Shown here: piece after piece, positions 53,008 to 63,675 of the stretch | How the letters are laid out: every line of letters starts with the position of its first letter | Numbering within the stretch: position 1 is the first letter of the stretch | Source of the DNA: Lama glama | Lineage: Eukaryota | Direction: 5' to 3' | Length of the DNA: 63,675 nucleotides | Assembly (NCBI GenBank): GCA_028534125.1 | Contig: CM052816.1 | Span: 17,300,326 to 17,364,000 of the forward strand | Made by a program: the position numbers and the translations under genes | The notes under the pieces: model-generated | What the model was told of the DNA's origin: nothing | Seen by the model: only the letters and a program-made list of their open reading frames with translations | Databases searched by the model: none

Positions 53008-54509
53008 TGGGGGAGCTTTTGATTCAAGCTGAATGTGTTCTTTGGGAGAAGCAGCTATTCCTGCATTTCTCCTTCCTCTCAAGCTTTTTAAGAGATTCTC
53101 TCCCACCCTTTTTATTTCTTTTTTTAACTGACTGTAAAGGTTTATGATTTTTTCCAATCTGTCTCAGTCCCTCAGTGGGAGGGGGAGAAAAAACACCTTC
53201 CAAGAAAATGAAATGTTCTTGGGGATCGTCTCTGGGGAAGGAGGTGCCCAGAGGTAACAGAGGCGCTGCCTCACTCATCCTTCTGTTCCTGCCACCTCCG
53301 ATGCTGCCCAGCCAGTGCTGGCCCCGGCCACATTCCCTTCCTAGTTGCAGGAGGGGACCCAGGAGAGGCTCATCCAGGCCTGTACATGACAGCTTGAGGG
53401 CTGAGATAATTGTGGCGAGGGGGGGCCTTTCTTATTTTCTGACTGGACTTGAGACCTCACGATCAGAACCCTTGTCTTGTTCATCATTTTCTTCCCGGGG
53501 TCCAGCACTGAGCTGTCCAACCAGGAGACATTCAATCACTGTTAGCAGCTGAATGGACTTGACCTTTGCCAACAACTCCCTAACACTCTGGCAAAGAAAG
53601 CATGAAGTAGCCTCTGAAGACCACACTCCTGCTTAGGGATAAGCCACATAGTGATCTGCCTGGCACCCAAGTGCAGAGATTTGAGAGTCAGCGGACCTGC
53701 ATGGCATCACCCTTAGTTTTGCTTGTGAAATATTTAGGCTTACTCTTGCTGAGCCCCTGCATAAGTCCTTCAGTCTGGACTAAGACACAAAGAAGCCACA
53801 GTCGCAGCTTAGATGGGGCCCAAGGGGAGGTCAATAGGTAAGACTTCTGTGCAGGACCTTCTTTGTGCTCTGATCCCACTGCTTTTTTAGAGAGCGCCTC
53901 GCTGGCTGCTGCCCCCACTCCCCCACCCCGAGGCTTGCACTGTCGGAAAATGGATAAGAATTTTTCTTTGTGATCATCTAATCATTGTACCTAATTATTA
54001 TACTCTGTGCCTCCAAAGTTTGGCCAGTGGATCCCATCATCTTCCTCTTTCCCTCCCTCACCTTCTCTCAGATGTCTATTTACATTAAATATCGTAATAC
54101 GGTCTAACCAGAAGGAATATGGGAAGAAGCTTTCAGGACAATCAGTTGTCGTTGTTTTGCACAATCTCATTTAAGCCTCCAGACAAACAAGCACAAGCTG
54201 TGAGGTTGTGGGGGACTTTAATACGCCCATTTTACAGATGAGGAAACTAAGGACCAGGGGAGTTAAGTCGTAGAGCTGGGATTTGTATCTCTGCTTGATG
54301 CCAGAGATGAATCGCTTATTCCATTGCACTCTTGAGATGCAGGAGGTGGGCACTAAGCTGTAACTCTGTGGACCTTTCTCCTGGAGTCTGAGATGATGTG
54401 GTGTGGGGATGATTGAGAGTGGGAGTGCAGAAATGACTCAGCCCAGGGAGACAGCTTGGGAAAGGGGCTGAGCTCTGCTCCAGGATCACCTGTGGGTTAT
54501 TACCTCTAG

Positions 54510-54659
54510 ACAGTTGAAGAAGAAGCTTTGATAAAGAATAACAACACCTGTAAGGACTTCCTCATCGAGGCCATGAAATACCATCTGCTCCCTCTGGATC
54601 AGAGGCTCTTGATTAAAAACCCAAGGACCAAGCCCAGGACTCCAGTCAGCCTGCCCAAG
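54510..54659 (+). CDS. KLHL3: KLHL3 coding exon (exon 8 equivalent), BACK end and linker before the kelch repeats
   Basis: ctctag|ACA ... CCCAAG|gtaagc; 150 nt, phase 0 to 0; TVEEEALIKNNNTCKDFLIEAMKYHLLPLDQRLLIKNPRTKPRTPVSLPK. Confidence 0.97.
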
Positions 54660-56313
54660 GTAAGCCCCAGCCCAGTCACTGCCAAGTCGGGACTGTGACC
54701 TGGGAAAATGGCCTTCCACTCCTGTCTCCAAGTGTCTCCTCACCCATGGCTACCCTGCATCTTGGTTGTATTTACCGCCTAGGAGATGGAGTCTGCTGGT
54801 TCCACTTGAATCTGCTGGTACCTCTTCTCTTCCAGGGTCTTGTTTGCTAAGAATTTCAAGATAACCTTCAGTGTCACCTGGGAGAATAACTCAAGACTCT
54901 TCCCTCTCCCGTTCTTCTTGTTTCACACCATGGTTTGGGCTCTGTTTCTTTTGGAGGCTGAAAAATGGCTGTGTGGGTCTTGGCTTAGTGATGGCTGCAA
55001 CAGTCCTCTTTCTAGGCTATTCTTTGAGTCAGAGCAGCCCTAGTCTGGTTTGTTCCCTCACCACAGAGCCATAAGGGACAATTAGGGCTGCCAGAGGAGA
55101 GAAGGGGCCTTAAGAAGTCTGACAGGTAATCAAGCAGGGGAAAAGAAGAGGGAAATTGAGAGTGTGTGAGGAGAGCAGCCAGAGAGAGGGAAGGATGAAT
55201 GAAGGAGGGACCACTATGATCGAGGGTCATGTTGGGTGTTGGCTGCCTTGGTTCCCTGCAGGTCCCCTCCTCTGCCTGGTCCTCAGGCCTCTCATCTGCA
55301 GAATGAAGGATGCTGTTCTAGATGATCTCTGAAGTCCTTTCTGGCTTGGCATTTGAGTCATCTTTCCAGGATCCTAACATATGAAGTCTCGGGGGAGGTC
55401 CCAGCCAAGTCAGGAGGAAGGGTGGGAGGAGAGGAATGAGTCGTGTTGGCTCATCCACTACCAGTAGGCAGCACCCGAGGATTATGTGGCCCTTGCTTTG
55501 TCCTCTTCCTCCACCTCTTTCCGGCTGGCTGCCATACTCCTTGACTGTTGCTTCCAGGAAGGGTTCTACGGGACTGGAGAAGCATGTTGTCCAAGACCAG
55601 ATGTTTGGATTCTCCAAGGTTTGCTGTTCCTTATCTCCACTCTGCTCTGTGACCCCAGATCATGGAGAATATAGTGGTTGCAATGTGAACGAAGGTTACA
55701 AATGTCCCAGATAATAATATAAGCAGCTGACGTTTATTGAGTACTTATTATGTGCCAAGCAGTGAGCTGCAGGTATCACATATGTGGTAGAAGCAGTTAT
55801 CCTGGTTCTGCAAAGGTGGAAACTAAGGGTCAGAGAAATTAAGTGACTTGCCCAAGGTCAACACCTAATGTTGTAGAACCAGGTTTGAACTGAGTCTTTC
55901 TCCCCTCTCCACATCTGTTCTCTGTGCTCATACCAGCCTGCACCTGGCTCCACCTTTGTAAACTGAAAGTTCTATCTCCTGCTGCCCACCTTCGATTAGG
56001 AGGCTCAGCCACAGGACATGGGCCTTGGTCCAGTGGGCCATTTGCCTTATTGCATGTTGATGAGTTTTGTTTTATTGGAATATTGCATTGGAACTTTTTT
56101 TGTATTTTTCAAAATGGATATAACTTAGCTTTCTTTAATTATAGAAATATGTGCTTATTGTAGATTATTAAAAGGATACTACAATTTCAAAATAAAGTAA
56201 AAATCACCTAAAATCCTTCGACCCAGGGGCAATCACTGTTACCATTTCGGTGAATTTTCTTCCAGACGTTTCTCTGTGTATTCACAAATATATGAATGTT
56301 CAAAATGTACACT

Positions 56314-56353
56314 TCTAGATACATGGAATCTTGTCTAGATACATGGAATCTTG
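56314..56353. repeat. Perfect 20-bp tandem duplication (tctagatacatggaatcttg x2)
   Basis: Read directly from the sequence. Confidence 0.95.
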
Positions 56354-56704
56354 CTACACAGACTGAAATCTTTTTTCTCCTGCTCAACCAGATACTGCAG
56401 ACGCTTTCAGTGTTATTAGCATGAGCATTTAAACTGTAATAGGTATATGCTATTTAATTATATTTATATACTGTTATTTACTTAACTGTCCTCTATTGAT
56501 GGGCCTTGCAATAATTTCCATTTTTAAATTATTATCTAAACATTTCTATGTCAAATACCCTTTAAAATGTGGCATCTTGTTTTGGTTTGCACTTCTTTAA
56601 TTGTGAGTAAGATTAACCTTGGTTTCATAGGATTTTTGGTGTTTGTATTTTTGGAGGGTAACTCTCTATTCAAGTCCTTTTCCCATTTTTCTGTCAGGCT
56701 GTAT

Positions 56705-57420
56705 GTTTTTTACATTGAAATACAGTTGATTTACAATGTTGTGTTAGATTCAGGTGTATAGCAAAGTGATTCACTTTTATATGTGTGTGTGTATGTGTGT
56801 ATAAAATATATATACAGTATGTATGTATTATATATATATTCTTTTCCAGATTCTTTTCCATTGTAGGTTATTACAAGACAGTGAATGTAGTTCCCTGTGC
56901 TCTACAGTACATCCTGTTGTTTACCTGTTTTATATATAGTAGTGTGTATCTGCTAATCCCAAACTCCTAAATTATTCCTCCCCCATTTGCCCTTTGGTAA
57001 CCATAAGTTTTTTTTTCTATGTTTGTGAATCTGTTTCTGGTTTGTAAACAAGTTTATTTGTATCATTTTTTAAGATTCCACATGTAAGTGATATCATACG
57101 GTATTTGTCTTTCTCTGTCTGACTTTACTTTGTGTGATAATCTCTAGGTCCATCAATGTTGCTGCAAATGGTATTATTTCATTTTTTAATGGCTGAGTCA
57201 TATTCCATTGTGTCTATATACCACATCATCTTTATGCAGTTATCTATCAGTGGACATTTAGTTTGCTTCCATATCTAGACTATTGTAAAGAATGCTGCTA
57301 GAACATTGGGGTGCCTGTATCTTTTTGAATTAAGAGTTTTTGTCTTATCTGGATGTATGCCTGGGAGTGAGATTGCTGGATCATATGGTAACTCTAATTT
57401 TAGTTTTTTAAGGAACCTAG
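56705..57420 (-). mobile_element. L1 3' fragment inserted into an older L1 (about 56560-57850)
   Basis: L1 3' UTR motifs; degenerate TSD ct(g/a)tatgttttt on both sides. Confidence 0.8.
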
Positions 57421-58544
57421 ACTATATGTTTTTATTAATGGTTTTTAAGTGTTCTTTTTAAAGAGTTTGGGCCTTAGTATGTATGCATTTTGATTTTTTT
57501 CTTAATTTGTGGTTTGTCTTTAAATTTGTTTATGACTTTTTTTGAATCCTAAAGAACAGTAAGTAATCAAAAAGGTCTATCTTTTGCTCTATAGCTTAGG
57601 TTTTACTTAGAAATGTTTTCCTTACTCTGAGATTAAAAAAGAACTACTTCATGTTTTCTTTCTTACTTTTATGTTTTACATTTGAATCTTTGATAAACTT
57701 AGAGTTTATTTTAGTATAAGGAATGAGGGTAGGAATCCAGCTTTATTTGTATTGCAAATCATGAGCCAGTTGCCCCCAAAGTTATTTTATTAAATAGTCT
57801 CCCTCTGTCCCATGGATTTGAATAGCACCTTCATTGTAATCGAAATTTCCACAAGCTTTGTGTCTGGTTATATGTGGAGGTGGCTTTTTACCCCTTGGGT
57901 TTCAGCTGGCCTTGTTGCTTGTCTTTGTGACTTTTCTCTTTGAAAACAGAGGTTTTCATCCTATATGGTATCAGGTTAATAATTTCTTTTCCTGGGGAGT
58001 GTATTCTGGAGCTAAGGCAATGGTGCAGAGCTGGCCCATTTTCTTTGTTTGGTGACCATACCCAGTGACCTCTCCTTTTCTAGATTCCTCATCTAGCTTC
58101 TACCGCATACACCCACAAAAAGGCAGTCTTGAAAATCAAAGTCAAGTTTATGTCAGCCTGGACTAAGCGTGCTAAGAATCTCCCCCTCCCCCAACACACC
58201 TTGTGCCCCATCCCAGATATTGAATTTGTAGTTGAGAAGAGTCTACTCCTGGTTTCAGGGGGCACAGCTCTTCTGAGGTTAAGTAACTTGTCCTGTTACA
58301 CAGCTAGGACATGCATAGGAGGGGTTTGAACAAGGTCTGTTCTGCTCCAAAGTCTTGTACGCAACTGCCTCCCGGGGGCGGGTTTTCAGATTTTGGTGAC
58401 AGATGAAAAAGATTCTTTCCTTTTCTTTTCCTCTCTCTCTCTCCCCTTTCTTCCTTCTTTTCTTTTTTCCTTTCACATCAAAATCTCCTTTAATTAAAGC
58501 AGTATTCATCTCACCAAGAGATGCATTTCTAATACATTTACTTC

Positions 58545-59590
58545 TTTTTTTTAAATTAAACTTTGTATTTTTAGAGCAGTTTTAGATTCACAGCAAAATT
58601 GATGGGAAGGCACAAAGATTTCCCATCTACCTTCTGTCCCCACACATGCAAAGCTTCCCTCATTATTAACATCCTAGATAATTTTCTTTTAAATTCAGAT
58701 TTATTGAGGTATAAGAATTTATGTACAGTAAAATTCACTCTTTTTAGGGATGCAATTTGATAAATTTTGACAAATGCATGCTGTCATATAACCACCATCC
58801 TAATCAAAATTAGAAAATTTTAATCACTCCTGAAAGTTCCCTTGTGCTGCTTTGTATGTAGTCAAATTCCTTCTCCCAACCCCAACCCCTGAGTGCCACT
58901 GATCTGATTTCTGTCCTTACAGTTTTGTCTTTCTAGAATGTCGTGTAAAGGTAATTATGCCATATGTAGCCTTTTGAGCTTGCCTTCCCTCCCTGATCTT
59001 CATGCTTTTGAGATTCATCCATGTTGCATATATCAAGAGTTCATTCCTTTTTATTGCTAAGGAATATTCCATCATATGGATATACTGTAATTTGCTTATT
59101 CAAACACCCGTTGATGGGCATTTGGATGTCCAGTTTTTGGCTGTTACAAATAAAGTGGCTTTGAACATTCACTTACAGATCTTTGTGTGGACATACATTT
59201 TAATTTCTCTTGGGTAAATGCTTTAAATTCTCTTGGGAGTAGGATTGTTGGGTTGAATGGTAAGTAAATGTTTAACTTGATAAGACATTGCTAAACTGTT
59301 TTTCAAGATGACTGTGTCATTATGCATTCCCATCAGCTAGGTGCAAGAGTTCCAGCTACTCCATTGTCTCCCACTACTAGCATTATCTATTAAAAAAAAA
59401 AAGGCCATTCTCGTAGGTATGTGGAGGTATCTCACTGTGGTTTTAATTTGCATTTCTCTAATGACTAATGTTGTTGAGCATCTTTTCATGTGCTTATTTT
59501 CCATTTGCATGTCTTCTTTGGTGAAGCCTTTGTTCAGATCTTTCCCCATTTAAAAGAATGGGTTATTTTCTAAATATTGAGTTATAGGAA
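58545..59590 (-). mobile_element. Adjacent old L1 (L1MA/L1MB-like) 3' fragments
   Basis: Minus-strand ORF 59337-59549 is L1 ORF2-like (KDLNKGFTKEDMQMENKHMKRCSTTLVIREMQIKTTVRYLHIPTRMA). Confidence 0.85.
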
Positions 59591-59793
59591 TTCTTTATTG
59601 GTCTATGCTCTTGACCACGACACAGCGCCCGCCCCACAATGGTGGCAGTAGCAAATCTCGGTTGCTGAGCACATAGTGTGTGCCCGCACTGGGCTGAGGG
59701 ATTTACATTTCTAATCTCATAGGATTTTCAGAATTGTCATTATCCCCATTTTACACAGGAGGAAATTGGATCTTGGGTTGTCACCTACTCATT

Positions 59794-60270
59794 GTGTATT
59801 AGTTTTCAATTTCTGCTTTACAGATTACCCCCACCTTGGTGGCTTAACATGACAAATGTTAGTTATCTCACAGTTTCTGTGGGCAGGGATCCTGGAGTGG
59901 CTTAGCTGGGTCTTCGTGGCCCAGGGCCTCTCATGAAGTTGTCGTCAAGCTGCCAGTTGGGACTGTAGTCACCTCCAGGCCCCTGTGGGGAGAATCTGAT
60001 TCTAAGCTCGCTCTCGGAATAGGCATCACTTCCTCAGCCCCTGGGCCTCTCCATCTGCTGCCTCAGTGTCATGACATGGCAGCTGGCTTCCCGGAGTGAG
60101 TGAGTGTACAGCAACAGAATGAGAGAGCACGTCCATGACAGAAGCTGTAGTCTTTTAATAACCTTCTCTCAAAGGGATGTCCCATCACATCTGCTGTATT
60201 TTATTTGCTAGGTGCACATCAGCAAGTCAAGCCCACACCCAAGGGAGGGGATGTGATTAAGTTCCATGTC
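59794..60270 (-). mobile_element. MaLR solo LTR (MLT1F/H/J-like)
   Basis: tgtattagttt...tctcacagtttctgtggg...ggcttagctggg...catggcagctggcttccc...agcccacacccaagggagggg. Confidence 0.7.
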
Positions 60271-61813
60271 TTGAGTGGAGGAGAATCAGAGAATTAGTGG
60301 TTTATCTGTAAGCAAGGCTAATAAATAGCTGAGCTGAGATTTAAGCCTAAGATGGCTGACTCCAGAACTTGCCTCCACATTTCACAAAAGCATTTTTGCT
60401 GAGTACTGGATGGAAAGAAACTTGATTCCTACCCTCTAGGGACTTTTGAGAAGTCCCTCTGACACAGTACGGAAGAAATATGTAAGTAGCCAAGTAAATG
60501 GAGGAAGAGGAGAAGTTAGGATACAATGGGGCTACTTGGAGGAGTAGCCACAGGAATGCCAAGGGCCAGCTAGTTTGGGTTTTCATGAATTAAGTCCAAG
60601 TTGGCTTTCTGACAGAGCTAACTGTGAGAGACAAAGTGATGGAGAGAGATTTGCACTGTTCTCAGCAATTCTCAGCAGTGGACCTGTTTGCCAGCCAGAC
60701 CTCCTCCCTAAAAGAAATAGGACTCCGCCTTGACATAGCTGCAGAGTCTAATATGGGTGCTTTTTCCTGAGCCATAAATGCACCGGTCATACTGACATAT
60801 TCGAGCTGGAACAGCTAATAGCGTTGTCTGGGCTCCCACACATTCACCACCAGTATTTTCCCTGAGGTTGGGTTGCCATGGACAACCAGGGGCTGTCTCC
60901 CAGCCATTCATAACACTCCTACCTTACCCTGTTCTGCAGATGGCAGCAGAGAAACGAGGTTACAGAAAGATGCACATGAAGCCTTTTTGAGATGTACTGA
61001 ACCTGGCACTTTTTACTGTCATTTCAGTTCAGTTGACATCTCTATTCGAATCTTTAAAGATGACACCAAAAAGTTACTTGAGCTGGAAGTGGGTGGCTTC
61101 CTCCTGAGTTGGGCTGTCCTGCTTTCAAAAGACAGTGTTGAAAACAAGGCCGTTGGCAGGGTGGGTAGGATGATTTCTCACGTGGGCCAGGCCCATGGAT
61201 GGGCAGTGCTCCTCTCCCATCTTGGTCCTTTAAGTGGACCCAGGCCACACCCTGGAAAACACCCTGGAGTCCTGAGAAAGCCCCATCATCATGCCTGGAA
61301 TTAGTGGTGCTCACTCTGCCATTCACAGATCATAAGTGTCCTTTTCTACCATTTGTTGGGAATCTGTTTTTTAGCAACTGATTTAAACAGTAGTAATGAT
61401 GCTGGTGTTGATCTAATAATAAAAGCTGACATTTAGTGGGTGCTATTTACCAAGCACTGTGCTGAATGTTTTATATCATTTAAGCCTCCTGATGCCCATG
61501 GGAGAAACATCCTATTTTCCTGATGTTTTAGGTAGTGGAAGTGAGCTTAGCAAGGTTAAGTGCCTTGCCCATGTTCACACAGCTCATGCAGCTGACTGGG
61601 CTGATACTTGAGCCCAGGTGTGTCTGACTCCAAAGTCTATTTCCTGCTCCTTCTCTCTCCCCTGGGTCTTGCTCTCACATTGCTGGTCCTCCAATGCCCG
61701 TTGTCTCTCACCTGGGCTGTCAGTCCTTGCCTGGAGCACCTGTTGCTCAGGAACCTGCTGGGACAAGTCTTCTGCCTCGACCTCAACATGCTCCTTCGGA
61801 TGAACTCTTGGTG

Positions 61814-61891
61814 TTAGCCCTGCGGCCCCACGCACCAGGGTAAGAGAGACTCTTGCTTCCTGCCCTGGCCCGAGGGACCGACTGGCTGGGC
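61814..61891 (+). ncRNA. MIR874: mir-874 precursor hairpin (5p about 61823-61845, 3p 61860-61881), intronic and sense to KLHL3
   Basis: Contains CGGCCCCACGCACCAGGGTAAGA and CTGCCCTGGCCCGAGGGACCGA, recognised as miR-874-5p and -3p; the arms pair (TTAGCC...GGCTGG basal stem); basal UG at -14 (61809-61810); MIR874 is a known KLHL3-intronic miRNA. Confidence 0.95.
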
Positions 61892-62240
61892 CTGCCTCCT
61901 GCCCAGCTCACCGGTCATGGAAGAGAGTCTGGACACACTCTACTCTTGCCTGATGCACAAAGCGTGCAAAGCCCCGGTCATTCCTCTCACCCGAGTGGAG
62001 AGTCTAATGACTTGTGAGTTAGGGTTAGGGTTCTGATCCACAAGTGGGCTGGAAAGCTCCACTCTGTTCACTTGCTGCCCTTTCCTTGGCTAGTCTCTGC
62101 TACCTGATGGCTCTCAGACATAGAGTGGTGGTTATTGCACGAGGAGGGACCAGCGTGCCTTCACTCCCACAGTCACACTGGTGGAATGAGAGTCATCCAA
62201 GTGAAAGAAATAGCCTTATTTATACATCTTAAAGAAATTT

Positions 62241-62382
62241 GGGGGAGGGTTAATTAGGTTTATGTATTTATTTAACTTATTTTTTTAACGGAGGTACTGG
62301 GGATTAAACTCAGGACCTCACATTGAACCCGGACCTCATGCATGCTAATCATGCACTCCACCACTGAGCTATGCCCTCCCCC
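62241..62382 (-). mobile_element. Camelid tRNA-derived SINE (Vic-1-like) with internal duplication
   Basis: Same family as 2010-2179; degenerate TSD tacat(a)ctta. Confidence 0.85.
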
Positions 62383-63179
62383 TACATACTTATTTCAAAA
62401 CCATTTTGTTACGCTAGAAGTGAAATTTCCTTCCTAAGCAATCCGGTAGTCTTTCCATAGTCTCACTCATGTCTCTAGAGTAAATGACCATTTGACTTTC
62501 CAAACTGAGAATGTTTTCCTTGGGAGTTGTCCGGTAGCTGTGCCCCACACCGTCCTGTCTGGAACACCAGGGTTCTGTCACCCAGAACTCTCCACTCACC
62601 AGGACGCCTGCAGCCTTCCACACAGTGAGCACTGAGACGTGGGGCCAGGACACTGAGGTGCCCTGCAAGACTGCAGGGCTCCCAAGTACACTGCTCTTCT
62701 TGAATGTGATTAAGTTACATTTGCTCTAGCGTAATTATTAGCCTGGAACCAGTCCTTTAGGTTTTTTGTAATTCCTGTATGACTACTCAGGGTTCTTACT
62801 CAAGGTTACCTTGAGGGATAAATGTTAAAAATAGTGATCATTAAATAAGCTGATTTGATTCAGTAATTTCTATTAAAGACATTACATATCTGTAGTAAAC
62901 TGGGATTTAGGGGTGTCAGGAAAGAAAGAAATATGCCTTGTGAACTCTTTGGGCCTGAGTTTTTCTAGAAATGTAAAATGTGGGCTTGTAAGAAAGAATA
63001 ATTCAAGTCTCTTCCTGCCTTGACAGTCTGGTTTTCTTAAGTAGCTAGAGGTTTATACTTTCAGGGACGTAATACATGGAGACTTTGGGGAATACTCGTT
63101 TTTGTCTAATTGGTTGCTGAGATCAGGTATCTATGGAAACAACCATCCACTAGTGTTCAAGATAGGAAATGTATTCTTT

Positions 63180-63675
63180 TTAAGCTCCACGATTAGACAG
63201 TGATGAGTATTCCTTGTATGATGGCTTCTTGCAAGACCTGCCATAGAAATTGGATTTCTTATGCCTAGAAAAGAAGCATAAAGTACACCTACTCCTCCCT
63301 CTGCCTTGAGGGCATTTTCAGAAACCAGTGGTCTTGCCCCATGAAGCCTCATAGTTGCTCTTCGCAGATCATTCTACAAGTTTGGAGTTTTAAAAGTTGT
63401 CTCTTACCTGTGGTTTTATGAGCTCAAAGGCAAGTTTATTTTGAAAACCTTGTCATGTATTATATTTGTCTTTCTATTCAGGTTTTACTTGACCATTAAA
63501 AATTTTCCATTTCTGTAATATTGTTTCTGTGTTACTATGAAAATTCTCAGAGATGAGTGCAGGATTTTCTCCTATATGAATGTACTTCCGTACACTAGCA
63601 GAAGACAGTTCCTGGGACATGATTAAGTCCCCTGAAGCTTTGCCTTTTTTATTTACAGAAGGAGCCTGATAACTT
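63180..63675 (-). mobile_element. Decayed piggyBac-family transposase sequence (Looper-like), continuing beyond the window end
   Basis: Manual minus-strand translation gives KPE*KDKYNT*QGFQNKLAFELIKPQV / KTPNL*NDLRRATMRLHG / GRSRCTLCFFSRHKKSNFYGRSCKKPSYKEYS, collinear with the piggyBac C-terminal helix and Cys-rich domain. Confidence 0.65.

Noticed and set aside
59337..59549. ORFs with L1 ORF2 similarity (also 1311-1556 and 9489-9704)
   Set aside because: Fragments of dead L1 copies, not host genes
62028..62031. Part of gttagggttagggtt (two TTAGGG units near 62019-62030)
   Set aside because: Two units are expected by chance; not enough to call an interstitial telomeric repeat
54660..63675. 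Search for the next KLHL3 exon (VMIVVGGQAPKAIRSVECYDF)
   Set aside because: Not found; it must lie beyond the window end

Overview
Mammalian genomic DNA, very likely camelid (camel or alpaca), judged from two tRNA-derived Vic-1-type SINEs and young camelid-type L1 3' ends. The window lies inside KLHL3 (kelch-like 3, the CUL3 adaptor that targets WNK1/WNK4) on the + strand. It contains six internal coding exons, equivalent to human exons 3-8 (769 nt, about residues 45-301, BTB and BACK domains), all with canonical AG/GT ends and consistent phases. The last intron carries the miR-874 hairpin in the sense orientation. The rest is intronic and rich in L1, L2, MIR, MaLR/ERV LTRs, hAT MITEs and microsatellites. 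Almost all ORFs in the supplied track are spurious. Main observations: (1) a decayed piggyBac (Looper-like) transposase fossil at the window end; (2) a candidate TATA-driven alternative first exon in intron 3 that is in frame with exon 4; (3) a candidate L1 3' transduction; (4) a strong in-frame 'poison' acceptor 78 nt upstream of exon 7; (5) one amino-acid difference from human KLHL3 as I recall it (Q99R); (6) a sense-oriented solo ERV LTR; (7) a splice-donor motif inside the miR-874 hairpin. I found no clear evidence of a wholly new system. Repeat subfamily names and human comparisons come from memory and need database confirmation.
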